Shown here piece after piece: positions 11,901 through 25,457 of a stretch of 64,000 nucleotides of DNA. The DNA is from Azolla caroliniana (taxonomy: Eukaryota > Plantae > Polypodiophyta). The notes beneath the pieces are model-generated. The model had not been told where the DNA came from and did no database searches. It saw nothing but the letters and a program-made list of their open reading frames with translations. The stretch lies in NCBI GenBank assembly GCA_043228905.1, contig JBHGNT010000002.1:8928001-8992000 (forward strand), in the 5' to 3' direction. Position 1 is the first letter of the stretch; each line of letters starts with the position of its first letter. Both the position numbers and the translations under genes were made by a program.

Positions 11901-13568
11901 GATATGTTCCATGGGTTGAGGGGTGTCATTGATAGTTTCGACAACCCCCGACTGTTTCAGCTTCTCTAGCGTCGATAACCACGCCTTGTGATTTGTCATA
12001 TGGTTCGATCCTCTAGAATCTATGTACCACACCTCATTTGACTTTAAGATGCTCACTATCATCGAGTTTTCTTTGTGTTTCATGAAAAATGCAAGGTCTG
12101 TTCCGGCTGGCCCTAAGCCTTCACCGTAGTAAGATCTCTGATGCCTATCTGCACCCCCTCGGTTTGATTTGGCTCTGTCCGAATCGACACGCTTCTTCCA
12201 GCACTCAATCTCTCTATGGCCTTTTCGACCACAGTACCATGAGTCCGTTGTGGCCTTATTTTGTTGGCTTCCGGCCCCACCTTGACTCCTCCTGCTTGTG
12301 GAGGGTTTGGAACTACTGTCGACATTTTGATTATGCCTTGAGTTTTGCTCCTATCGGCCGCCCCCATTGTGCACAAACCTGCCTCGTCCAACCCGACCAC
12401 GAGGCCTTTTTGCCTCCGTCTACAACATCTTGCTGTTGGTGCGTGTACTCATCGACGCATCCGTGTGGTTCTCATCTATAAGGAGCATCGACTGTAAGTA
12501 AAAAAGAGACGAAGGCTTCTCTCTCATGTAGATGGCTATCTGAATCGGCTCGTATTTTTGAGCAAACCCAACAAGGTAGATCTGCACCATCTCGTCTTCA
12601 TCCATAGTAACACTGATGGATCTACACCATCTCGTCTTCATCCATAGTAACACTGATGGATCTGAGTGCATCATAGATCTCCTTGATCCTGGTGGTGTAG
12701 TAAGTTACTGACATACCTCCTTGTCGAACATTCTTGAGCTCCTGTCTGAGCTACAAGTTACGGTGTCATGATGTTGCGTGTCCAATGGGAGAAATTGTGA
12801 AATAGTGTAGTTCCACGCACATTACACAAATGGTTATAAATATGAAAATTATCCTAGAGCCTAGTGGCATTTGAGTGCATATAGAGGTGTGCAAGCAAGA
12901 TTTGAACCTTGCACCTCCAAGATAGAAGACATTTATCTTACCATTAGGGCTACTACCAAGTACTTTAAATGTTATGTATTTCTTTTCATATTCAAAAGGC
13001 ATAGGAAAACAACCATATAAAGCCGTGTGCACAAAACCATGTTCCAAGCCCATGGTTTTATGCATGCTACAAGAAAAACCGTGTGCCCAAAAACCATGGG
13101 TCCAAGCCCATGGTTTTGTGCATGTTAGAAGCATGGATAGACCTATAAAAACCCTCGTAAGGCTTATGTAAAGGGGGTGCTCAATATGTGATATCATTAT
13201 CATCACCATCAATATAATCTTCTTCTTAATATTCTTCTTGAGTCCAAAAATCATTGTTTTTTTCAAATGTGACATTGGTTTCCTCGACTGTAACATCCAT
13301 ATCGTTGTCTTTTCAACAAATTTGTGAACGTCCTCCCTGGTGCTCCTGCTCAAGTAGCACATGCACGCGAGCATCTTCGCGACAACGGGATGTGGTGCTG
13401 GGAGCAAATACCTTCTTCAGGTTCCCCCAAGCATCCTTCGACAACTTCGCATCTCTTATGTACCCGAGCATCTGGTCATCCGATTCAACTTTCGGCTTAT
13501 TTAACCAATCCAGGCCTAGCCGATCAGTCTCTATCCGATCCGGCCCATGTTGAGCTTGTCTCTCAACA
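8988..13568 (-). mobile_element. Internally deleted Copia element (family C2) with 5-bp TSD CAAGT
   Basis: 3' LTR 8988-9461 with PPT; truncated 5' LTR ~13481-13568; CAAGT at 8983-8987 and 13569-13573. Gag, protease (WYIDSRGSNHMT), RT and RNase H remnants; integrase core missing. Confidence 0.92.
12764..13384. mobile_element. Solo LTR with 4-bp TSD ACGG in Copia gag
   Basis: TGTCATG...CGCGACA, ACGG on both sides; homologous to 47653-48311. Confidence 0.9.
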
Positions 13569-14900
13569 CAAGTAAACTCATTTTCTAGTTATATGCCCTT
13601 GTTGCATAATAATTTTACTAGTTGCAAAGATAACCATAATATTTTCATATGATTAGGGGCGTCACTTTGATCAAACATATTTAAGTGATTTTTGTAAATA
13701 AGCAAGCAAATATTGTGTTATTATTTTACATACATATAAACCATATTTTCATCATTTTGCAATTATTCGTTTCACTTTATATTGAAAATAAGGGAATCAA
13801 ACCTTGGAATAATACAATATTCAAGAATAAATTGATTTTTATCCCCTGGAAAATGATACACAGGTTTTTATTCTAATTTTATTGTTGTTCAATGTGGTAA
13901 AGTTCAAAAACATACACCAAAGAGAAATAATTCTACATTCAATGTGAAGCTCATAATTTTCACTAACTCACTCTTCAATTACTTAACAAGTACGTGGACA
14001 TTCGATTATTGAACCAAGTCCTTTGAGCATTCATTAAAATTTTTGCCTTGACTTAGTATGATTTTGAATATATGAGGGCCATTGTTTGTCAAAGTAATCA
14101 TGATTGTGCATTGAAATTATCAAGATTTTGAATGAAGTAGAAAGTATTAAACTTATTACCCATGATGATCTAGTAGGGAGAACATCATTGACGAAGACAT
14201 GTCCTTCGTTATTGGAAATGGAGGAGAGTGGAGACTCTATATTAAAATAAAACCTACAACTTAGTCCAAGATGTTCGTGAAATCTATTCATAGTCGATTA
14301 TTAGTGTTTGAAGGTGTCACTATACCTTGAAGGTGTAAATTGATGGATAAAAGAACAGAAATAACAAAGGTGAACAATGGGAGGTCAATAGAGAGATGAA
14401 CAACATTGAGAAACAACATATTAGCAAATTGAAGTCAAAGCGAAAAAACAAGAATAAGCCATGGTGACACTATTGAGAGAATTGTTTTTAAGTTATACAA
14501 AAAAACTTGAAAGACATAGAGCTTCATGAGAAACTTCTTGAACACTACTAAAAGGTAGCCATATCTATTATACCTCGAACATCATTGAAAGACGACCATT
14601 TCCATAGGTTACGGGGGCAATCAAAGATATATTCATGTTTTGAAAGTTGGAAAGGAAACAAGATTTCGTGATCATTCTTCATGAAATCTAAGTGTGTACA
14701 ACAAGATGATAAAGACACCTCTTCAGATCTTCAAGCGCAACAAGGAAAGGATGAGAAACAATGAGTTTGATGCCAAAATGAGCATCATTATAAAGTTGAA
14801 AACAACCTTGGTGGAAGGGCTCTCTTCCAAAGATTAAAGAAGTAAATTCATAAGAGATATACAACTCTAAGATGTTTGGTATAAAAAATAAGGTTAGAAA

Positions 14901-15224
14901 TGTTGGGCGAAAAGTCCCACTCTACCTAAAATTGTATTCTCGTGTGAACACGTCCTCATAGTTAGGGCTTAGTTACCCTAACTATAAGCATGAGGAACCT
15001 AACCTTGTAATTAAGTTTTGGCGGGATTTGTAATGCTAATGTATTCTTGAGCTCCAACTGTCATTGAGTGTAACTATCTTCATTCTTTCTTTCTATACCA
15101 TTTCAGTGATTGAACAATGCATTCAATTATTTCTACTTGCTACCTTGTTTGCCTAATTCCCTTATACAAGATCTTAGTTGCTATTTTGCACCCTAGCTGG
15201 TTGAGAGACACACAATTGCCATCA
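14901..15224 (+). repeat. 5' LTR of container Copia
   Basis: TG...CA termini, followed by PBS. Confidence 0.9.
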
Positions 15225-15869
15225 AAATGGTATCAGAGCGATCTTAGAATCCGACAACAACAACTATAGAAGGAGAACAATTGGCTGAAAGGAAAGGGCT
15301 AGGTCAAGTACTCACTTCCATAAAATGATGCCCTCGACATCCTACACCGGTTGCAAGATCATGAAATTTGATGGCAAAAACTTTACCCTCTGGAAGGAGA
15401 TGATGTAGGATGTGTTGATCATCCGACGTCAAGTTGAGGCAATTCGACACAATAGCAAGTTGGCCTTGATGATAGCAGAAGAATGGCGCTCTCTCGACGA
15501 AATCTCTAGATTGACCATCTGGATGCAATGGCCGAAAATGTCTACTTCAGCATGACCAGAGAGACATCAACATATCCTTTCTGGGAGAAATTGCAAACTG
15601 TATATGAAAAGAAGTTAACGGTAGACGAAACTATCAGGATGATATTGCCGGAAGACATCCGACGAAGATCAATGGGACTCTCCATTGATGATGGTGCCAA
15701 AGCCCATTTCTCAGCTGATATGGCTTAGAGAACTGGCCGAAGCCAAATCCGGCCAAAGAGGAGAAATGATTGACAATCGTTGAAGTCACGCATTGGCAAG
15801 CTGAACACCTTCAACACCCATTGCAGAAAGTCCGGCCATAGTGTGCCGAAAGCTGGTCAGTCAAGAAAG

Positions 15870-18525
15870 TGTTGGAAATGGTAGTCAGGATGTGGAACAA
15901 AACCAACACTTCTCTTGGCGATCTTTATTTGATGATGAACAAAGCTACAAGAATCAATGGAGGTAACAATAACAAGAAACAAGATCAAGAGAACTAGGAG
16001 ACAGAGAGACACCAAAGTAGGCACAAAGATATGTAATTGTATTATTATCTCAAAAAGTGAAAAATGGCAATGAAAACAATAAACAACAACAAACTAGGTT
16101 ACAAAGGTCAGTTTAAATACCAGCTGACCTAGGGCAACTACCCTTTCCAATATTTACATAAATAGCCTAAACCTAGTGTGTCCAATGGGACAGTGTGAAT
16201 ACATCCATTATACACCCGTATTCGACACTCCCCCATAATGGGCGTATACAACAAAAATCTGTAAAAGGAATGAGCAACAATACAGATTTAAACAAGGTTG
16301 TCGGGTAAGTCAACTTTTATTTGAATTTGGTAATGTCCAGAAAGCAAGAAGCCAAATCAGTCGAAGGCCGAAAGGGTTGAGGTCAAATCCGCTAGTCCGA
16401 AAGTGAGTCCCAGTTGGAGAGTTTGAAGATGACTTGGCTATGTTGATTGCCGAATCTCAAAATGTCGATGCGGAATGTCCAAAACCATCCTGAATGTCTG
16501 AGTCAATCAGACTGATTTCTCTGAATGCCCATCTAGTGCCGAAGATTCTGAAAACAGTCTACTGAAAGACACTTGGTCATCCCATCTACAACATATTGGT
16601 TGTAGATATTTTCTCAATGTTGATTTTCCCTGAAATGACAGAATCCTGAACGAAGTGATACCTCACATCTATATGCTCCGAGGCATTGTGCTGAACCCGA
16701 TTTCTTGACAAAGAGACAATGCCTTGAATGTCATTGTAGAAAAGTCATGTAGAGCCGGAGTCGACTCGTCGAAACGTGTGTGCCAACTGACCAAGCCACA
16801 ACGCTTCTTTTGCCGCATCGGAGGTGACTATGTATTCGGCTTCAATGGTTGAGGTCTCCATGCACTCCTAGAGTTTCGGCTTCCATGAGATTGCTCCATT
16901 GCCGAATTTAAAGCAGTATCCGGTCGGTGACTTTCAGTTGTCCACATAGCTAGCAAAGTCCGAGTTGGTATAGCCGACTACGCCTGAATTCTAGTTCGGG
17001 CCGAATAGGATGTTGTGGTCTTTTCTGCCCACCAGATATCTAAACATATGCTCTACCGCATTCCAATGTAATCGGCTAGAATTATGCATGAATCTGCTGA
17101 CGGCTCCTATGGCATGGGCTAAGTTTGACTGTGTTGCAACCATTGCATACATCAAGGAACCGACAACCGGTGCGTATGGCACTAACTTTATAATTTCCGC
17201 CTCCGAAACGGATGTCGGGTATTCCTTCTGAGATAGTCGAAGGCTAATTCGGAGTGGGGTCGAAACAGATTTGGTCGATTGCATGTTGAAGTGTTCCAAG
17301 ACATGTCCATTATAGTCGGCTTGAGATAGAAACAACTATCATCAATTCTGAAGCCGACTTATCTTTATCCCTAGAATGTGTCTTTCTGGACCAAGGTCCT
17401 TTATGGCAAACTTAAACCACAGTTGTTGAACGAGTTTGGCAAGCTCACCAGCATGTTGACTGGAGAGTAGCATGTCGTCCACGCAGATGATGAGGAAGAT
17501 GGGTGACCCATCTCGAGCTGGTTTGATGATGAGGCAGTGGTCCTCATCGCTCTTCAAGAAGTTGACTAATTGGATGAAGTCATCGAACTTCTTGTACCAC
17601 TATCGGGGTCCCTACTTCAGGCCGTATAGACGCTTCATGAGTTAGCAGATTAGATGTTCCTGGCCGGATATCAGGAAGCCTTTCAATTGCTCCATATAAA
17701 TCTCCTCCTCTAGGTCAACATGAAGGAATGTTGTTTTGACATCTAGTTGGATCAGCTCTAAGTCCTCAGTGCCACAACGCCGAGCATGAAGCAAAAGGTG
17801 AAAATGTTTCGTCGAAATCGATGCCATTTTCCTATCAAAACCTTTCACTACTAATCTAGCCTTGAATTTTGGGGTGATCGAATCAAACGTCTCTTTTAGT
17901 CTATAAACCCATTTGCATGGAAGAGCACATTGATTTTTTGGTAATTCAACGTAGTCCCAAGTCTTGTTTTGTCGAATGGAGTTCATCTCTGACTCCATCT
18001 GTAGATGCCATGGGGCCGAATTGGTTGATGCCAATGCTTCTTCGTATGTCTTTGTCTTGTCGACATCCATGAAGAAGATTCCAGGAGAGTACCTTTCTGG
18101 AGGCTATGATAGTCTTTCGGATCTTCTTGCTATGAGGCTACCTTGATTGGGTGTCCGGGTTAGATGGTTTGGAACCGAAACATTCAACTATGCAGCATCG
18201 GTTGGAGTCAATTCGGTGCTAGAGGATTCGGTTACCCGTGAAGGCGACCTCGTGTTTTGAGTTGGGTCGTGATAAAGGGCTAACACTTCTGAAAAAGTTA
18301 CCCTTCGGACTTCAATGGGCCTTTCAGCCGTCTTATGCATAAGCCTACTCGTTGAACACTAGGTCCGAACTTCGAACGATTTGTTTGTGCTTGGGATCGC
18401 AAAGTCGGTATCCGATCTCGTTGTCTGGTACATATCCATGGAAAATGCATTTCCTGGACCTCGGTTCAAGTTTTCAGCGGTCGCCCTTTGGTATGATGGC
18501 GTATACCTCGCATCTGAAAATCATT
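15870..18525 (-). mobile_element. Copia 3' part (INT end, RT, RNase H, PPT, LTR 15870-16227)
   Basis: ORFs 17642-18070, 17342-17557 (ICVDDML) and 16991-17335; CTCCCCC adjacent to LTR end at 16227. Confidence 0.88.
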
Positions 18526-18996
18526 AGCTTTCACTTGGACATGTCAAGGGATGTAGACTCAAGCCGATCCACGTCAGAGTACATGATGACCTATGCAGGG
18601 GGAGCAATGGCGTGGCAGTCATGAGTGCAGAAGTCTATGACCTTGTCGACCACAAAGGTAGAGTACATGGCAGCGGTAGAGGCCCGCAAGGAGCTGATTT
18701 GGATGAGAAACTTTCTCAGCGAGTTGGGGATGAAGCAAATGGATTTCTTGCTTCATTGTGACAGCTAGAGTGCCATACATCTAGCCAAGAATGTTGCATA
18801 CCACTCCCGGACCAAGCACATACAAAGAAGGTATCATTGGTTATAGGAGAAAGTTGAAGAAGGAGAGTTTACCCTGGTGAAGATTCATATTGATGATAAT
18901 GGATTCGGCATGCTAACAAAGAACCTACCGATGGACCGACTCAGAGTTTGTCGACAAAGGACAGGAATAACGGACTCCTCCCCATAGGAGTGAAGG
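18526..18996 (+). pseudogene. Copia RNase H fragment (family C1-like); its PPT and LTR continue at 27433
   Basis: DMSRDVDSSRSTSEY...TKHIQRRYHW, similar to 2338-2790; PPT split by the chromovirus insertion. Confidence 0.85.
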
Positions 18997-19455
18997 TGTT
19001 ACAGGCATGGCCATATAATATCTCGTGGTGAGAATTTACTGTAGTATTCTATACACGTGCATAAGTGTGAGGGTTAAACGAGAGTGTAAAGAAGGGGAGG
19101 ATTACTTTTAATCCTTGGGATTGAGACAACCCCTTAGGCCAAGTGTGAACTTGCCTAGAGGTGCCTTGGGTATCGCTATAAATAAGAGGCCTAGCTACCC
19201 TCATTGGATCATCTTGTTGACTACGTCGAGACTCTGTCTTGTGGTGGGTCAACTCTTGTAGCGAGCGCGCCAGCACCAGGTACGACTCGACGCCACGACG
19301 GTGGTATGGGACCTCGATCGAGGCTCGAGTCCATCTCGATCCCTTTGCTCGGGGGTGGTCGGGTGGATCGATACCCTTCTTTCTCTCTCTCCTTTCTATC
19401 TATCTATCTATATTCTATCCTTATCTAATGCTTACATTAGTTCATGTCTCTAATA
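18997..19455 (+). repeat. 5' LTR of chromovirus
   Basis: Direct repeat of 26977-27432. Confidence 0.93.
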
Positions 19456-19699
19456 GTTGGTATCCGAGCTAATGTGCTAATGTTTCTTTTGTTGGTTTTG
19501 TCTTCTTGATGGATGGAGATTGATCAACATGCGGTCGACCTTGTTCCAAACAACAATCAACAAAGGAACTTCGGTAATCTTTCTTGTTTTTTTCTATTCT
19601 TTCTTTTCCCAATTTAATCATGTGTATGGTTAATATGTAATTGTTTTTATAGATTCAATGATGTTGTAATGGTAATTAATTGGTTATATAAAATGTTTC

Positions 19700-19960
19700 C
19701 ATATGTGCACGAGGTCAATACCTCATTTGACATGTAAGTAATATGTGATTAGTGTCGTATGCGTACGAGGTTAATACCTCAATTGTGTATTATGTTCACG
19801 TACATATGTTACGTATGTGTATCAGGTCAATAACTCGATTTCGTTGTAAATGATATGCATTTGGTCTCGTATGCGTAAGAGGTCAATACCTCAATTGCGT
19901 ATCACGATGAACCCTTATTTTTGGATGTTTCGTGTGCGTAGAGGGCATATGCCTCGATTA
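19700..19960 (+). repeat. Five ~30-bp hairpin repeats separated by dissimilar spacers (period 56,56,56,62)
   Basis: Core GAGGTCAATACCTC or variants start at 19711, 19767, 19823, 19879 and 19941. Confidence 0.8.
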
Positions 19961-22254
19961 CGTGTCTCGATTTCATCATATGTTGGCTATTTGATGATAC
20001 GATTTTTTAAAATATATGCATATGTGGTCATGTGTATATGTATTTGATCGTATATATGTGATAAATAAACATATGTGTATATTTGATATTACGTGGTCTT
20101 TATATTGAATGTTTTCCTTTTCGGGGAAAGGATCTTGGTGGCCGTCCTCACATTTTTGTGAGAATGGTGTTTTCACCATCCTTTTTTTCAACAATTTTTT
20201 ATTGTTGACATTCCCGTTGGTGACTTTTGTTGTTGGGTGGGGGGTGAAACCTAGAATGGCTTCACCCCCCTCCCAAGGGGGTTACGATAGTGAGAGCGCC
20301 AGAGAGAGAGACAAATAGAAAATGACACAATGTGAGAGGGGAAAAAGGTTATCTCATTACATACCCCATAGGGGGTTTATATAATACATCCAATGTAACA
20401 GCTACATGACCGTTATAAATAAGACCGTTACACATTCTTGTACACACGCACATAATTGTGCATTTGTCCATACACATACTCATCCTCACACACTCATTTA
20501 CTTTACACATACACATCAACCACATCATTACACATACCCTTATGCCTCCCCGTATATTCTTACGGGTAACAACTTTGATTTTATTATGTAAAGAAATGCC
20601 TATAGCCATAATGATGTTGAGAACGCAGGGCTTGACCCTGTTCATGTGAGGTCGCTCCTATGACACACATATCCAACATCCCTCCCTCGTTACATGGATA
20701 CGATGCCACCATGAGATCATTCTTACAAGAGGCATTCGTAATGACGTAACCATGTCATGGGCCACGTGGGCCTACTACAAAAAGAGGGCTCATTTGGCTT
20801 GACCATTAGGTTGCACTTTGGCGTATGCCATCGTAATTATGAGACTTGAGGTTAGGTAACGTACTGACATATTTTGTAGTAAACAAGGGGGAAATAAGGA
20901 CTCTTGACATATATGTTTCTTTTAAAAAAACATATATGGGCAAATGCCTCGCATATCTCTTATACGCATAAAACATTAAACATTCAACACAAGCAACCTA
21001 TTTGGTTAGCTCAAGTGTTTAATGCATTCGAGAAGACATTAAACATTAAACATTCAAGAAGAGCAACCTACTTGGTTGGCTCAATTGTTTAACGTATTTG
21101 TTCTCAAGGTCTCGAGTTCAAATATGACCAAGACCATACAACATCGTTGATACATATGACTATAACACATGTTTAGACTTGAGGTCTAAGTGCACTTCGG
21201 GGTCCTCGTAATAGGACTTAAAGAGCCGAAACCACATCTATGGGCACAAAAACTTAGTTTATTGTTAATATTTTTTTCGTGTCTAAACAATTCATGACGC
21301 GAACATATATGGTTGAGCCTCTAGGAGCCACTATGAAAAAAATCGATATAGAGATTAGGGAAAGACATTTATTTGTGAACCTCATCTCATACGTGTAGAG
21401 GGGTATTGACGTGAGATCATGATATCGATTAATGTTTGCCCATGATATGTTTACATCACGACATGATGTTATGACTATTTGTTTGACCTTATCCTTTTTA
21501 TTTGCCAGAAATAACCATTCAATGGCTCAAAATAACGACCCGATGTCATCCGCTCAAGCGGAAGGAACTCAAGGAAATCCTCCTGGACAAATGTCCATTG
21601 AGATGTATTTTTCGCAAATAACCCAATACCTTAGTTTCACCGCTCCAAAGATGACCGAACTTCGGCAATCTCAAAGTGCTCTCGAGGCACGTGTCATTAG
21701 TTTACAATGTGAGACTAATAGACCTGATGAGCGATAGGGTAAACCATTGTTTGTCATTAATCCATTTACGGGAGAAAAAAAGGAAATAACCGAAGAAGCA
21801 ATCTGCACGTGGCTGGGCCGATGGGAGTCTCATTTTGAGCTCTATCCCATGCCAGATAGTACGAAGATTGCATATGTCGGCCGAGAACTAGGGGGTAAGG
21901 CCGCTGCCTGGTGGCGTGGGCTCCGAACTTTGGGGAAATTGCCCGATACCTAGACAGATTTTGTCACAGTTTTTAAGGGCCAATTTCTGCAACCTTCCTC
22001 TCGAACCGAGGCAGCTCAAGCTTTAATGAACCTCTCGAGTAGAAAGTTTTCCGCACTAGAAGACTATGTCCACCATGCTAGAACCCAAATCCAAAAGTCG
22101 GGTCTAGAAGGGGACAATTGTTTGATAGCTTGTTTTGTGAATGGCATCCCCAATTCGGACTATCAATGGATAGTGCATGATAAGGATCCAAAATCCTTCG
22201 AAGAGGCCGTTGAAATAGTTCGTCACTATCAACGCACTTTGAAGGACCACAACA

Positions 22255-22915
22255 TGTCAGGAACTACATGCTCCCGATGAACAACGCTTGGCCACAACCA
22301 AGCTTAGAATCAAACACAGAAAACAGGAATGAATGCACGACACAATGGAGAGAAGAGTACACATGATGTTTACGTGGAAAACCCAACCACGGGAAAAACC
22401 ACGACAGTCCACTAACTGCTAACTATCACTATGTAACAATATACAATAGATGAATACAGAGGCAACGACCTCTTGTTCACTGTCTTTGCCACAGGCGGTG
22501 GTTACAATAGAGATACGAACTCTTCGTCTCTTTCTCTCTCTCTCTCTCTTTCTGTACACTGTTGCCCTCTAATCTTGCGCCAACAAGAATGACAACCACT
22601 ACAACAAAAACAAACATCTCTAAGTTTGCCCTAAGTCATATTTATACTAATATGACTTTTCGGCTATTTACAAATATAGCCCCGATGGACTCTTAGAAAA
22701 CATATTTACGAATATGTCCCTTCATCCGGTGAGCACTTCTCACCGGTCCTTCACCATCCAGCTCTTGCCGGGTGCTCGTCATCCGGTTCTCACAGGGTCT
22801 TCCGTAGCCGGGTACTCCACATCCGGATTCGGCCTCGACCTATCGGGCTTGGCCGAGTTTCCTCATCAGTACTGTGGACTCTCACTTCCCATCCGGAGGG
22901 ACCTGTTTCCTAACA
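22255..22915 (-). mobile_element. Solo LTR of Copia family C1 in chromovirus gag
   Basis: Reverse complement homologue of 2801-3308; near-TSD CAACA/CACCA. Confidence 0.88.
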
Positions 22916-25037
22916 CACCAAACGCAACGAAGCGCCCGTGACTAAGCAGTCGCAATTCGCTGGGAAATGCAAGACACCCAACGAATTCATGGATCGCGAT
23001 TGTAAGCGGAAACATTCTTTTTGCGTATTCTGCAAAAAGAAGGGTCATACAAAAGAACAATGTCAAAAGCTCCAACGGAAAGTGCACGACAACAAAGCTA
23101 AAGCTGCTAACCATAAAGGTCAGATTCCTAATGTCCTTCAGGTCTATACACATCATTTAAGTAATTGTCAATGTTCTTTCTCTCACTATGTATTGGGTCC
23201 CAATGATTTACTACGTGCAAACGGGTATATCAATGGATCTCCCGTACAATTTTTGTTTGATTCGGGAAGCTCACACAACTTTGGAATGATTGTTTGGTTC
23301 AAATATGGGGAATCCAACCCGTGCACCCCATGGAGATTTACTATAACGTATATAACCCATTCGTAAATAGTCCTTGAGTTGCTTAGATACTTCATCCTCT
23401 TTGGATCGACTTAAGCGATAAGGAGGTATACTTATTGGTGCAATGCAAGGTACAATATCTATGTGATGGTCTATATTACGTTTAGGAGGTAATCCATCTG
23501 GTAGTTCACTCAAAAAAACATCATGAAAATCATTTAAGATTTCATCAAGTTGTTCAAAATATGTTAATTGAAGCAAGACATTATCGATATTGTAAACGTG
23601 AATGTTTGGATCAAGTACACAATAAAATAGAGTAGAACAAGACAACTCGGATATTGATGGAGAGGAAACAATCAAGAGGGATTGTTTTTTTACACATTGA
23701 ATAAAATGAGTACAATCATTCAGTACAAAAGTTATTGAATGATGAACCCAATCAATAGATAAAGAAGAGTTTTTATTATAGAACCAGGGCTAACCCAGTA
23801 TTACATCAGTGGTACAAAGATTCATTACATGGAAGTCTACTTCCTCTATATAAGTATCAATAGAAATACCTAATGAATGAATCGCGCCGTTGATGTATTG
23901 TACTCTTCCATCAGCCAAGTGCACCAGTTCTCTTGGTTTAAAAGAAAGAGGGCACATGGCATATGTGTATTAATTACTAACGCTTGAATAAAGTGACGAT
24001 CAAGAATTCGTATCCATTGCCCCGGGCTAACAATCTAATTGATCGTCTCTAGGGAGCTCGGTATTTTACGAAATTTGATCTCCGTACTAGCTACCATCAA
24101 ATTCGTATAAGTGAGGACGATGTTCCTAAAATGGCATTTTGTATGCGCTATGGCCATTATGAGTTTTTGGTTATGCCTTTTGGTTTGACCAATGCTCCGG
24201 CTACATTTCAACAAGAAATGAATGACATTTTCTGAGAACAACTTGGCAAATTTGTCGTTATTTTCTTGGATGATATTTTAGTTTATAGTCGTACATTACA
24301 AGAACATGCTAAATATGTCTACTTTGTTTTACAAAGATTGCGTGACAAACAGTTTTATGCGAAGATTTCAAAATGTGAGTTCTTCAAGAAATCAATTACT
24401 TATCTTGGACATCTCATAACCGAACGAGGAGTTGAAATTGATCCTTCTCGCATCGAGAAAATCAATCTTTGGCCCACTCTTCGGAAAACTCGAGAAGTTC
24501 GATCATTCCTTGGTTTTGTCAGGTTTTTGCGAAAATCCCTTTGTAATTACTCCCAATTGACGGCGCCGTTTACTGATCTTCTAAAAGGTCAAACGCATAA
24601 GTCTACAAAACCTATTGTTTGGAATGCTACACTAGACCGCACCTTTAAGGAACTCAAGGACCTGTTGTGCAAGGCTCCTTCACTTCTTTTACCTGATCCT
24701 CAAAACCTTTTGAGGTTGAAACAGATGCAAGCGATTATGCTATAGGTGTTGTCTTATATCAAGATGGTAAACCAATAGCATTCGAGAGTAAGAAACTTGA
24801 TTCTGCTCAATGTCGGTATACTGATCAAGAAAAGAAATTATTTGCAGTTATACATGCGCTCAAAACATGGCACCATTATCTTTATGGAAATCGCTTTGTG
24901 GTAACTACGGACCACGAGTCCTTGAAATATTTTTGTGACCAACAAGACCTGAAAGGTCATAAGGCACGGTGGGCTGATCTCACCCAGGACTTTGATTTTT
25001 CCATACGATATCATAAAGGTTCCATGAACACTATCGC

Positions 25038-25457
25038 TGTCATGATATGGCAAGACTTGAACCCATGACCTTATGGTATATGGGTCAAGCTCTTAACCAT
25101 CACACCATCTATTGTAATTTATAATATATTATTTTCATTTATGTTTTATTATAAGAAATTAATGTATATTCAAAAAATTTCTGGAACATTCTAGAAGCTT
25201 CAGGACTACTCCTGAGAGCACTATAAAAAGGAGGCACAAGGCATTGTTTTGAACCAATTTGGTTCAATGCCAGTCTTAAGCCTCATAGCCCTTTTGTACT
25301 TACTCTTCACATAATATATCCTATGTTATCATCATCATCTCTCTCTCTCTCTCTCTTCCTCTCTCGAGAGTCTTATGCAGTCCCATCCTCTTAGTACTAA
25401 TAGTACTTCCCTTTTTCTAGTACTAATTCTCTCTTTGTTTTAGTACTATTCCTGACA
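25038..25457 (+). mobile_element. Solo LTR of the Tf1/Tcn1-like Gypsy in chromovirus RNase H
   Basis: Homologous to 5379-5881; TSD ATCGC/ATCGT; removal restores SMNTIVDALSR. Confidence 0.92.

Noticed and set aside
12578-12664. 40-bp tandem duplication in Copia gag (and a 30-bp one at 4211-4270)
   Set aside because: Ordinary local slippage or repair duplications in dead elements.
12766-13407. 213-aa ORF as a gene
   Set aside because: It coincides with a solo LTR, has no domain signal, and is broken in the homologous copy at 47653-48311.
14034-14900. Decayed coding sequence flanking the container element (continues after 51845)
   Set aside because: Looks purine-rich and coding-like, but no domain could be recognised by eye; needs tBLASTx.
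19700-19960. True CRISPR array
   Set aside because: Repeats are degenerate, there are no cas genes, and the context is a eukaryotic retrotransposon leader; kept only as an architectural analogue.
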